A DNA stretch of 44,404 nucleotides, filler included, from Jimgerdemannia flammicorona (lineage: Eukaryota), in assembly GCA_003990765.1 (NCBI GenBank). It is 2 parts of 2 records of this genome, joined end to end, with 100 filler letters (N's around TTAATTAATTAA, not from the genome) between each part and the next. Parts side by side here need not be neighbours in the genome. Positions count along the whole stretch, not along the records: positions 1 to 22,161 come from RBNJ01001326.1; 1 more part is not named here. One strand, written 5' to 3'. Of the stretch, positions 1 to 11,731 are shown piece by piece. Numbering within the stretch: the stretch's first letter is position 1; every line of letters starts with the position of its first letter. Under the pieces are notes generated by a model. It had not been told where the DNA came from and ran no database searches. It saw nothing but the letters and a program-made list of their open reading frames with translations. The position numbers were made by a program, and so were the translations under genes.

Positions 1-659
1 ACAAATGCTTAAATTCGAACGTACATATGTGATATGTGTTGTGAAAACGGAGGTTGTTTATTATTTTATTGATTGTTAGCGAACGCACTTTTACGCGTGC
101 CGATTGATGACGATTACAAGATGACGTCTACATTGATGACGTACACATTGACTGCGCCACTAACGAAGTGAAATCAGGAAGTAGCTCACAATCTCTTTGA
201 CAGTGATTTTAAGAGCAGGCATTTCTCCTAAGTATCACAATTCTTTTTTTAGATCAAATGACTTTTGACACAGATATCTCTTTGAAATATATTAAGCAGA
301 CTTGTCTTTTATTTTTAACTTAGATTTTAGACTAAGATTTATTTACTCAAATCTTTAAAATATTTTATATATGTGTGATTGCTGTCTGTATACTATTAAG
401 ATAATTATAGAATATACAGTAAGGCTAGTTTAGAGAAGATACAACTACTTTTTCTCTTGGAGAATAAATGTTTCTTAAGAAAACAGGTGTTTTCTCAGAG
501 AATAGAGGAAATAGTATATTCTGATTTAATATATCTAATTATTTATTCAAATTTATAAATAGCAATTCTTGGTTACTCAGCTTTAGTGCTCTGAATGAGT
601 CAATCTGAATCAAATCTGGATTTGATTCATCACATGATGGTTTGATCTGAATCTCAAAT

Positions 660-930
660 CCAAAGCCATCTGAATCACCTATCTGAATCACCTCATCTGA
701 ACTACTCTATCCAAACCACTTAATCCAAATTACTCAATCTGAATCACTCAATCTGAATCACTCAATCTGAATTACTCAATCTGAATTACTCAATCTGAAT
801 TACTCAATCTGAATTACTCAATCTGAATCACTCAATCTGAATTCTCCAATTCAAATTCTCCAATTTGAATCCTTCAATCTGAATCCTCATCCAAATCCTT
901 TAACTGAATCTTCCAATCTGAATCCTCTAC
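660..930 (+). repeat. Subterminal ~14-bp tandem repeats (AATCTGAATTACTC-like) of the outer hAT
   Basis: More than 15 degenerate copies just inside the left TIR. Same array at 8660-8920. Variants ATCTGA/ATCCAA suggest ancestral ATCCGA eroded at the CpG. Confidence 0.88.
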
Positions 931-1039
931 ATGACTCATATGCTAGATGTGTTCACATATACAATATATATATATATAAATATATGCATATATATGTAAA
1001 CATATAAATACATATGTTAACAAATCAGTCTTCAATAGT

Positions 1040-3073
1040 TGTAAGAGGGTTTACTTTTTAGGGTAACTGTTACATAGTTCTAGAAGGGTTTTCTGGAAGT
1101 TCTGGATATTCTGGAAGACTATTTTCTTAAGGTCAAGATCAATTTCATATGGAGTACATCCTCTATGCTTATTGATTTCAAGTTTGGGTTGATGTTTCAA
1201 CCAAAGTCCTTTTTTGGACTAGTTCTGGATATTTAGGATTTTCCATATTTCAGGAAGTTCAAGAAACTAAGACCAGCTTAGTTAAATTGGCATATTGCTG
1301 CAGACAATATCCAATTAGGAAATTTTGTAATGAGGTTAGGAGTGGGACCTAATAGGGAGCAGATTTACTTAAGAGTAGTTTATGGGTTATTAAATAGGTT
1401 TATTCATTATTTATAATATTGTTATACTAGGAGTAGTTGTGTGAAGGGATATTGTGGGAAAGTATTTAGAAGTTGTGTTCAGATTGTTCAAGTATTCAAG
1501 TCTGTAATTCTGAGGTTTGAGGGAGGGAGTATTTATACTAGTGAGGAGCTATCTGAACTATGCTGAATATGGATGTAGCACTTAGTGTCTTGCTGAGTCG
1601 AAATACAGTCACATAGTACAAGTGTGATCTGATATGTCAAGAGATCATCTGACTGCTGAGTCAGTTCACAGTCATATCATATAAGGCTAATCTAACTATA
1701 CTATGACTACTAAGCTATTTATAGATTTAGATACTATCTGGATAGTCTTCGATAACATCACTATCGATAGCATCATCTCTGATGAAGTAGTTGTCTAGGA
1801 AGAGTGGTTCACAGATTACTTCTCTTTGTTTACTGAGGTAATAATATATTGGAACTTCATCTCTATTCTACAAGATGGCATTGTCTGTCTCATATGCTGG
1901 GTAAGGTGTTGGTGGGTGAAGAAGGAGTGCATTATCTTCACTTTCATCAGATTCACTATCTATGTATCTTCTATAAGTTATATTGCTATAAGTCACAGAG
2001 TTGTAATAAGCTAGTGGCTGTGGTTTATGTTACTTGTACTTGGGTGGTAGAGTGGTTGGTTCAATATCAAGAGTTGTCTGAAGGTACAGGTTGTGTTCTC
2101 CTGTCTCTTCATTGTAGTTGAAATAATCAGGAGTGAATGCAGGTTGGTATTTGTGCCAGTGATCATTGTTCTAATAGGTCTCATAGATGGTGTGATCAGG
2201 GTTAGTAGAGATTCTTGGCTGGAGGTCATGTTGGCATCAGGGATCATTATTTTCTGCTTTGTCTTCATTGAACTGAATTATATTGTAGACATCCTTTATA
2301 GTATATCTAACTTGAGGCATTTGTAGAATATGGTCATTGGAGTGTGGGAAGATTCTGTCTGTGGTCTGAATGTATTTGAGGTACTTGTGGTTGAGTTCTT
2401 ATATCATATCATCGATTTGACCATAGGACAAGGTAGCAACCATTTCGGCAGTAGTAACTTAGAGGCAGGGGATAAAGGTGCTGTACTCATAAAAGAGTTC
2501 TCAATGTTTGTGGGCAATGAGTTTTTGGTATTAGGACATCTGAGTAATATCTGTATCATGATAGTATTTGACCATGTCTTCTAGAAGACAGCCAATCTGA
2601 TAGTAGCTTGAGATTTGTCTGATTCAGTAGGCTTCGCTAAGCATGTTCAGGGCATTCCATTGGGCTTCCACAAAGTAGAGAGGTGCTAGACTATGGATAT
2701 TCTTGAGGGATAGAGGGGGTATAGCTCAGTTGACAATGGCATTCTAAATGTCAGTGCGGATATGGTTGTAGATCTCAGTGGTCATGTTTGTGTATGTTCA
2801 AAAGTTGTAGTTATTGTTTGTTTTGGTTCTTCATTTGATGCATCTTGATGCTCAGTATATATACATTTAGTCCTGATTGGTAAGATTCTGTTTGTATGAA
2901 TCTTGTATTCCATGACTTTATGTTGACTCAGCTTTGTATACTGTGACTTCAGTTTGACTCAGCTTCATGATTTAGCAGGTGATTTCCAGATTTGTTTGAA
3001 GGTCGCATGTGATTTCAGTGGCTTATTTGAGAGTAACATGTGGTTTTGGTGGCTTGAAGGTTGTGCACTTACA
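1040..3073 (-). mobile_element. 2.0-kb solo LTR, copy A
   Basis: TGTAAG...CTTACA termini. 5-bp TSD ATAGT/ACAGT (1035-1039, 3074-3078). Absent at the homologous site of the inner hAT (about 9036-9040). TATAAATA box on the minus strand at about 1529-1536. Confidence 0.88.
1719..2785 (-). pseudogene. Decayed ORF of unknown function inside solo LTR A
   Basis: Frame MTTEIYNHIRTDI*NAIVN*AIPPLSLKNIHSLAPLYFVEAQWNALNMLSEAY*IRQISSYYQIGCLLEDMVKYYHD... Stops are attributable to single transitions. Colinear with the ORF in copy B; one frameshifting deletion near 2190. Confidence 0.68.
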
Positions 3074-5789
3074 ACAGTTCACAGTACTGATGATGCTTTA
3101 AGTCAAATATCTCTGATAGTTCTATACCTTCTATACAAACCTTGTTCCAAAATTTGACAACATTGTGCTAAGACAAGAGATGATGTTATTTGTAACTATT
3201 ACAGGTAAAAAATTAAGATATACCTATTGATATAACTGACACTTTTTGTTTAACACACATATGATACTGTTTCATCTACCCCCATAAACTGTACCAGCCA
3301 AAAGTTCAAAATACTTAATGGTATAACTTTGAACATATATTGATACATAAAAGACAAATACTCTAACAAAATCAAAAAGAATACAGAGACAAATAAAATC
3401 AACATTCAAGCTATGGTAAGTATATTTATCTAATTATCTGACCATTTCTATATCAATAACTCTATTTAATTAAAAATATTTAGCCATACTCTTCAGTAGA
3501 ATTTCAAAATCAGCTTATTCACTAGATTGTATATACAGACCAGCTATTCACAACTATTGAGAGTGATCAATTGCATAGCATCTTTGGCCTCCTCAAGTAT
3601 GATTTATATTAGCTAAGTACCAATACTATTCACAAAGATGTCCTAGAGACCTATAAGAAAGAGCATGACAATCTCTGCCAGATACTTCAGGTAAAATAAG
3701 GGCAGCACTGTAACCTTTGTAAGCTGAATTATATATATATATTTATAAAGAGCTCACCAATTTAACCTCACATTCAATAAGCAGAATTTGGCAGGCAAAA
3801 TTTCATTTATGATTAACACATGGACATCTCCTAATGTAATTTCATTTCTGAGCATTATTGGTCATTGAATTGACCTCGATTGGCAGCTTAAATCTCTCAC
3901 CCTTAACTTCATCAAACTTGCTGGCCCTCATTCTGGAGAGAACATTACAGATGCTTTTATTAGTTATATCCAGGAGCTTGGAATTACAACCAAGGTAAAA
4001 AAGGGGGGCTTGCTGTCAGGTTGGCATTTTGAGAGAGATCTTAAAACAAACAGATTTTATTGGTTATTTATTTTCATATAAATTGGCTGACTGGATATTT
4101 CAAGTATAGATTTTGGCCATTATGATGGACAATGTTACAAATAACTTAACATTTTTCAAAGTTTTAGCAGGCAGCCTCAAATAGGAAAATGTGGCCTTTA
4201 GTACAGAAAGCTGCCATGTATGATGCCAGGCCCATGTATTAAATCTTACTATTCAGGACTATCTTATATACATAGACAAAACATCTGAGAGAGGAGAGAC
4301 CTGAAGTATAGTTTCCAAGCTGTACAAACTGGTTGTGTTGGTCCAATCATCTCTACAATAATGAGACAAATTTGCTGTGCAATATAGAGCAATCAGTTTA
4401 GCTCTGAAGGAGCTGATATTAGACATCTGTATATATTAGAATTCAATATTTACAATGATCCAGTGTGTGCTGGAGTTTGCTATAGTATGTATTCTTTTTT
4501 TTTTGGTCAGCTGAAGCAACTTGTTTCAGATGATTGAGGAATTTGTTTTTTTTTTTATAAATAAAAAAACAAAACAAGCCAATAGATTCAATAATTGCTG
4601 TTGACAAGGAAATGCAGGGTGAGGCACTAGGTAAAAGCAAGTAGAACATACTTAGGAATGTAGTTAGAGTTTTGGAAGTAAGTGGTAATTACTCTAGCCT
4701 CACACTCATTTTGTCTGCCTCCATACAATATAATATCTCACTGCACATAACTGCCAATGTTTTGATGACTATATAAAGAATATAATTAAACAAATGACTC
4801 TGACAATAAGTTCTGCAATACTAGTATACAATATTCTGATTGACCAGCTAGAGGACAAGCTCAAGAATAGACTGTAGGGTTGTGGTGATTTATAGTTAAG
4901 CCTGGATCAGAGAGATACTATAGAGGTTGCTCTAAGCAAGCTCAGAAAATACTACTCCAAAACAGATACTGTCATATATATACTCAATCAGTATAGATAT
5001 GTTGGTGTGTGGTCATTATCTCTTCCAAAAACAGAGAAACTCCTACAAAAACTCACTCTCTTTCTCTAAGCAGTGCTGGACCCATACTTAAAGCTATAAT
5101 ACTATAAAGACCAGGGCTGGGAGCAGCACTTCATTGAGAGAACCAAGCAGGCTATAATTGAAACATACTAGAAAAACTATACACCACTATAAGGTTCTGG
5201 CTAAAGTCTGGACAAATATGCTAAGGGATCCCTCCTGTTCCACATTTACTTCAGCAAAAAGAGGAAGAGAGAGCCATCAGTGGAAGAGCTGCTGTCAATA
5301 GATGAACTCACCATTTACCTTACCAGTGACTGCATGATCCTGCTGGAGAGCACAGAGGTGCTCAACTGGTGGAAGATGGGCTGTCAGGCTGGCAGTTGGT
5401 TGTATTGGGTCAATTTAATCCACCATTCTAACCACTGCTCTATCCACCAGAGCATGCAGCTACATCAATAGACTTCTCCAGCCTGTGTGGTATAGCTTGG
5501 AACTATCTGGTGATTCCTGTCTCCAGTACTCCCATTGAGCGAGTGTTCTCAGGTGGAGTGGATCTTATTGCCCCTAAGAGGTATGCACTGAATACTAAGA
5601 CTATCCAGGCATGTATGTGTCTGAAATCTTGGTGGGGCTCAGGCTGCTAAAATTCAGTGGGTCCTGGGGTTTGTGAATGAGTTAAATTGATATTGTAGAT
5701 TATTTAATACTTCAAAATTAAAAAGAAAAAAAAAAAACTTAGGACTTGGTCTGGAGTTTGCAGTCTAAGTAGGGGCAGTAATCAGTGGG

Positions 5790-6235
5790 GTTAGCAGTGG
5801 CAGAGGGAGCACACAAAATTTGTGGCCCTCCATCAGCAGTAGGGGCAGCCCCAAGCTATTAGTGCCCAGATCAGTAGAGGGAGTATGCAAAATTTGCAGC
5901 TCTCTACTGGCAGCAGAAGCAGCCCCAAGCTGCAAGTGTTCAGGATAGAGGAATTGGTAAAGAGAGTACATAAAATTTGCAGCCCTCTGCCAGCTGCATG
6001 GAGCACCCCCAAGCAGCCTATGTCTGGGCTGGGGGTCAATAGAGTTGATAGAGGGAGTGTGCAAAATTTGCAGCCCTCTGCCAGTAGTATAGAGGCAACC
6101 CCAAGCCACCAAGGAGTTTGAGTCCAGATCAGAGAGTACTTCTGGTGGTTGGAGGGTACTTCTGGTGGTCAGAGGGTACTTCTGGTGGTTGGAGGGTATT
6201 TCTGGCAATTGGAGGGTACTTCTGGCAGTCAAAGT
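5790..6235. repeat. Internal repeat array of the hAT (TGCAAAATTTGCAGCCCTCTGCCAGCAG..GGCAGCCCCAAGC units, then 20-bp GAGGGTACTTCTGG units)
   Basis: 4 long units and about 5 20-bp units between the convergent transposase and passenger genes. Homologous array at 13920-14520. Confidence 0.85.
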
Positions 6236-6455
6236 CCACTATATATTCAGACTCATTGCTGGTTCAGGTCTCACAGACACCCTGGCCCTGTGCCATAGTA
6301 TACTGTAGAGTAGGGCCAAGGGGCCAGTAGGGCCCAGCATAATGGCTAAACTAGTGCTACAGAAGAGGTGCCCAGCTACCAGCCCAACTCTCTACAAAAG
6401 ACTATCTAATCTACACAAAATGACTACTAAACTCTTATGAAAGGTTATCTAACCC

Positions 6456-8587
6456 TTACAAAAACTGCTCCATCTGCTGGTTCCAGGCCTTGATGAGTCT
6501 GTCATCCATTGTGAGTGCAACAACTATTGTATCTGAGCTCTCCTCAAAGGTGACAGTGCTGTGGTGGTCATGTAATTAAAATAGGACAGCCATGTTGGCC
6601 ACAAATGAAACCCTGAAACTATAGATGAGGTCACACTAGACTCTGTTACTATTCTTCCAGGTTGGGCCCTTCCTTTCTGGAATGTAAAACATTACTAGAG
6701 TGATGTTGTTGTCTGTGTATGTGGGCAGAGAAATATTGTACCTGATATATCCTGATGTGATACAAGCATACATTTGGGTGAACCCTTGGCCCAGGATCTC
6801 ATACTGCCAGGCTGTGCTGGTGGATGCCTACTCTTGGTACAGCTCCAAGAGCCCCAGCTTGGAAACCTGCCAGATAGATGGTATTTGGTCAGTTCTTTTT
6901 GCATGCAAGGGGGCAGAAACCCCCTGGGCTGTAGCACTGAAAAAGTGGAGCTCCTTATCTCATATGGCATGCTAAATTGTGCCAAGAATATATATATAGC
7001 TATGCTGAGATCACCACCAAGTTGCCCTACTATATGCTCTACTAGTCTGCTCAAAGAACTCCAGATCATAGCTACTATCACTATATAGGTTATGTCATAC
7101 TTGTGTACAGTTTGCTCTTCAATAGTACTTCTAAAGTTCCAGTAGGGGTACAGAATCTTGTGCATCTCTGGAATTGTATCAAAAAAGAGTATGTCAGCAG
7201 AGAGAGTGATTATCTGGGGAGGTGGAAAAAAAAGAGAGATAAGTATAGGGGATTTTAGAACTCTGGAACCCACCCTTCTCCAGTGTTGCAGTATATCCAA
7301 TTTCTATCCAAACCCCCCCTCCTTGCATTTTTCACCCCCTCTTTCCTATTATCTAGTATTTGATGCAATCCTTACAAATCTTATTAATGTGGTAGTGAAG
7401 CTTATTACTATAGAGATTTCTTATCATCATCACAACCACCTCTCTATAATTATTAATAAAGATATAGTTCTTTTCATCATTGGTTACTCCTGCTGGCCAA
7501 TGGACCCCTCAGTCAAGAGTGATTGGCTCTGATTCAAATGTAGACCCCCAAGTCTTGATGATAATGCTGGTACTGCTTATGCTGAACATCTTGCCCTCAA
7601 ATTTCTCTATTTGATCAGATATCAGACATAGTTGAACTCAGGTAACTTTGAACTCTCCTTTCTAATAGAACTGAGTCCTGATCTGAGAGACTGAGATAAG
7701 TATGCAGATGGGTTGCATGTAGATGGGTTGCATGTGGATGAGTTATATGTAGATGGGTTGTATACAGATGGGTTACATATAGACAGGTTGTATGTAGATG
7801 AGTTGCATGTGGGTGGGTTGTATGCAGATGGATTGTATGTAGGTGTGGGTGTTTTTTAGAGGGAGACCACATAAGAAATAAAGTTAAATAAAATACAGAG
7901 ATGGGTATTTTAGAAAAAGAGCATAAGTGAGTGAGTGAGTGAGTTACATGCCAATGAGTTGCACTGTAAGTTGCACAAGTTGCATGAGTTGCACAAGATT
8001 GCTCATGAAGGCTTACTTTTATTCCTTTTGAGATCTCCACCATGTGATGCATTGACTCAATAGCTCAGCCACCAAAAGTATGCTCTACAATATCTACCAG
8101 CCTTTCTTCATCTTGACCAGATGTTGTAAATAAAGTCAGCAGATCTCACCATAGAACTGTAGACTCTAAGAAAAGCATAAGGTGAATTGGATCATGCTGG
8201 GGAAATTTAAATAAATATAAGTGAATAAGTAGCAGTAGAGTGAGCAACCTACATCTACTATCAGCTGCTTCAAAAAGGCTGCCATATACATAGCTGTGAG
8301 GTCTATAAATTCCAAGGTCTGAAGGGCCACCATGAGTTGTTGCTGGAATTCTCCCTCATCCCTGCCATTGCTACCACCATCACTATTGCCACCACCATCA
8401 CCACTACTATTGTCCCTTTGGCTCTCAATGAGCAGCTTGTGTGCTGCCCATATGAGAAAGAATCTAACATTGTCAGCAGAGAGTGTATTTCCACCTCAAA
8501 TACTCTCTCTTTTGATAATCATTGCAGGATAAAAAATGAGTAGACTGGACCAACATACAATTAAGAGCTGCTGTTTTGTTTGCTCAT
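6456..8587 (-). pseudogene. hAT passenger gene, about 510 aa, 6 exons, putative TET/JBP-like 2OG-Fe(II) dioxygenase (outer copy)
   Basis: Exons about 8587-8559, 8510-8253, 8196-8017, 7682-7274, 7213-6959, 6866-6456. GT-AG junctions are phase-consistent from exon 2 on; one donor is mutated to AT here but is GT in the inner copy. C-terminal ..YNISLPTYTDNN..V*CDLIYSFRVSFVANMAVLF*LHDHHSTVTF..; the inner copy has HTD at the first motif. Confidence 0.7.
7700..7850. repeat. 15-bp minisatellite (TGTAGATGGGTTGCA-like) in an intron of the passenger gene
   Basis: About 10 copies here, fewer at 16000-16090. Lies between the predicted exon 3 donor (8016) and exon 4 acceptor (7683). Confidence 0.8.
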
Positions 8588-11555
8588 GATATGGTAGTAG
8601 TGCTCTGAATAAGTTAATTTGAATCAAATCCAGATTCAATTCATCACATGACAGTTTGATCTGAATCTCAAATATGAAACCATTTGAATCAACTTGGATT
8701 AATCTGAATTACTCTATCTGAATTGTCTCATCTGAACCACCCAATCTAAACCACTCAATCTGAATTACTCAATCTGAATTACTCAATCTGAATCACTCAA
8801 TCTGAATTCTCCAATTCAAATCCTCTAATTCAAATCCTCCAATTTGAATTCTCCAATTTGAATCCTTCAATCTGAATCCTCATCTGAATCCTTCAACTGA
8901 ATCCTCTAATCCAAATCCTCCACATGACCCATATGCTGGATACATCTATATATATACACAATATATATATATGTATATAAACATATGTATGTATATGCAA
9001 ACATATAAACACACATATCAACAGATCAGTCTTCAACAGTTCACAGTACTAATGATACTTCAAGTCAAACATCCCTGATAGTTCCACACCTTCCACATAA
9101 TCCTCACTCCAAAATCTGGCAATATTGTGCTAAGATAGGAGATGATGTTATTTGTAACTATTACAGGTAAAAAATTAAGATGCACCTATTGATATAACTA
9201 ACACTTTTGTTTAATATACACATGATACTATTTTATCTACCCCTATAAACTGTACCAGCCAGAAGTTCAAAATGCTTAGTGATACAACTTCAAACATATA
9301 TCAATATATAAAAGACAAATACTCTGACAAAATAAAAAAGAATACAGAGATAAATAAAATCAACATCCAAGCTGTAGTGGGTATATTTATTCAAATTGCC
9401 TGACTATTTCTATATCAACAACTCTGTTTAATAAAAAATATTTAGTCATACTCTTTGGTAGAATTTCGAAATCAGCTTATTTACTAGATTGTGTACACAG
9501 ACCAGCCATTCACAACCATTGAGAGTAATCAATTGCATAGCATCTTTAGCCTTCTCAAGCATGATTTATATTTGCCAAGTACTGATACTATTTACAAAGA
9601 TATCCTGGAGACCTATAGGAAGGAGCATGACAATCTCTACCAGATATTTCAGATAAAATAAGAGCAGTACCATGACCTTTGCAAGCTGAATTATATATAT
9701 ATATTTTTATAAAGAGCTCACCAATTTAACCTTATATTTAATAAGCAGAATTTGGCAGACAAAATTTTGTTTACAATCAACACATAGACATCTCCCAATA
9801 CAATTTCATTTCTGAGTATTACTGGTTATTAGATTGATCTCAATTAGTAGCTTAAATCTCTCACTCTTGACTTTGTCAAACTTGCTGGCCCTTATTCTGG
9901 AGACAATATCACAGATGCTTTTATTAGTTGTATCTGAGAGCTTAGGATCACAACCAAGGTAAAAAAGGGGGGCTTGCTATCAGATCAGTGTTTTGAGAGA
10001 GGTTCTTAAACAAAACAGATTTTATTGGTTATTTATTTTCACATAAATTTGCCAACCAAATATTTCAAGTACAGATTTTGGCCATTACAATAGACAATAC
10101 CACAAATAACTCAACATTTTTCCAAGTTTTAGTGGCCAGCCTCAAATAGGAAAACATGGTCTTCAGTACAGAAAGCTACTATATGCGATGTTAGGCTTAT
10201 ATAGTGAACTTCACTGTTCAGGACTATCTTACATACATAGACAAAACATCTGAGAGAGGAGGGGCTCTGAGTATAATTTCCAAGCTGCACAAACTGATTG
10301 TATCAGTTCAATTGTCTCCACAATGATGAGACAAATTTGCTGCATAGTATAGGGCAATCAGTTTAGCCCCAAAAGAGCTTATATTGGACATCTGTATATA
10401 TTAGAACTCAATATTTACAATGATCCAGTATGTACTGGAGTTTGCTGTAGTATGCATCCTTTTTTTCTTCAGTTAGCTGAAGTAACTTATTTCAAATAAT
10501 TGAAGTTTTTTTTTTTAAAAAAAAAAAAAACAAAAAAAGCCAATAGATTCAATGGTAGCTGCCAATAAGGAAATATGGGGCAAGGCTCTAGGTAAAAGTG
10601 AGTGGGATATACTTAGGAATGTTGTCTGAGTTTTGAAAGTAAGTAGTGATTGCTCTGGCTCCACACTTGTTTTGTCTGCCTCTGTACAATGCAATATCTC
10701 ACTACATATAACTGCCAGTGTTTTGATGATTGTATGAAGGATATAGTCAAACAAACGATCCTGATAATAAGTTCTGTAATACTAGTATATAATCTTCTGA
10801 TTGACTGGCTAGAGGACAAGCTTGAGGATAGGCTAGAGGGTTGTAGTGATTTATAGTTAAGCCCAGATCAGAGAGATGCTATGGAGGTTACTCTAAGCAA
10901 GCTCAGAAAATACTACTCCAAAACAGATATGTACCACCATATACTCAATCAGTAAAGGTATGTTAGTGTGTGGCTATTACCCCTTCCAAAATAGAGAAAC
11001 TCCTACAAAAACTCACTCTCTTTTCTCTTAACAGTGCTGGACCCACACTTAAAGCTATAATACTATAAAGATCAAGACTGAGAGCAGCACTTCATTGAGA
11101 GAACCAAGTAGGCCATAATCAAAGTATACCAGAAAAACTATATACCACTATAAGGTTCCAGCTGAAGTCTGAATGAATATACTAAGAGATCCCTCCTGTC
11201 TCACATTTACTTCAGCAGAAAGAGGAAGAGAGAGCCATCAGTGGAAGAGCTACCATCAATAGACAAACTTACCATTTATCTTACCAGCAACCATGTGATC
11301 CTGCTGGAGAACACAGAGGTACTCAACTAGTAAAAGGTGGGTTGTCAGGTAGGTGTTGGGCCAATTTAACCCACCAATCTAACCACCACTCTATCCACTG
11401 GGATGTGCAGCTGTGTCAAACAGACTTCCCCAGCCTGTATGGTATAGCTCAAGACTATCTGGCAATTCCTGCCTCCAGTGCTCTCATTGAGCAGATGTTC
11501 TCAGATAGAGTGGACCTTGTTATCTCAAAGAGGTGTATACTGAATGCTGAGACAA

Positions 11556-11644
11556 GGGTGGGCACAGTGTATTATATAGAGGATAGATAGTGTGTTAATA
11601 AAGAAAGGAGTCTAAGTATCTATAAAAAAAAAAAAAAAAAAAAA

Positions 11645-11677
<33 letters not shown>
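11556..11677 (+). mobile_element. 5'-truncated LINE insertion (3' UTR stub plus poly(A))
   Basis: 15-bp TSD TGAATGCTGAGACAA (11541-11555, 11678-11692) and an A tail of about 55 nt. Body resembles the 3' end of the LINE at 44330-44404 (..TTAATAAAG..GGAGTCTAAGT..CTATAAAA). Confidence 0.9.
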
Positions 11678-11679
<2 letters not shown>

Positions 11680-11731
11680 AATGCTGAGACAATCTAGGTG
11701 TGTATGTGTCTGAAGTCATAGTAGGGCTCAG

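Larger units (their letters stand above)
1014..5650 (+). pseudogene. Intron-rich hAT transposase pseudogene (BED finger, DDE core, C-terminal dimerisation domain), interrupted by a solo LTR
   Basis: Spliced translation: PCSKI*QHCAKTRDDVICNY (BED-like), KISFMINTWTS..FLSIIGH*IDLDWQL..GPHSGENI, ILAIMMDNVTNN, CQAHVLNL (CxxH), ELILDICI.*NSIFTMI, YLVIPVSSTPIERVFS..CMCLKSWWGSGC*. About 8-9 GT-AG introns and many stop codons. Likely ATG at 1014. Confidence 0.93.

Noticed and set aside
1..200. CpG-normal segment with repeated GATGACGT(C/A) motifs, possibly a promoter
   Set aside because: No associated gene inside the window, so it cannot be assigned.
5790..6120. Repeat-spacer arrangement resembling a CRISPR array (also 13920-14430 and 32850-33330)
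   Set aside because: Eukaryotic context, no cas genes, degenerate repeats, and spacers that are irregular and partly similar to each other.
6390..6460. CCTAACCCT telomere-like motifs (also 14685-14760)
   Set aside because: Single motifs inside 21-bp units internal to the hAT, not (TTAGGG)n tracts.
6695..7300. 201-aa minus-strand ORF as the passenger protein
   Set aside because: It reads through two introns in a frame inconsistent with the splice phases. The phase-consistent frame is the one with CGA>TGA stops.
7615..8052. His/Thr-rich ORFs (also 15916-16296)
   Set aside because: Translation of an intronic 15-bp minisatellite.
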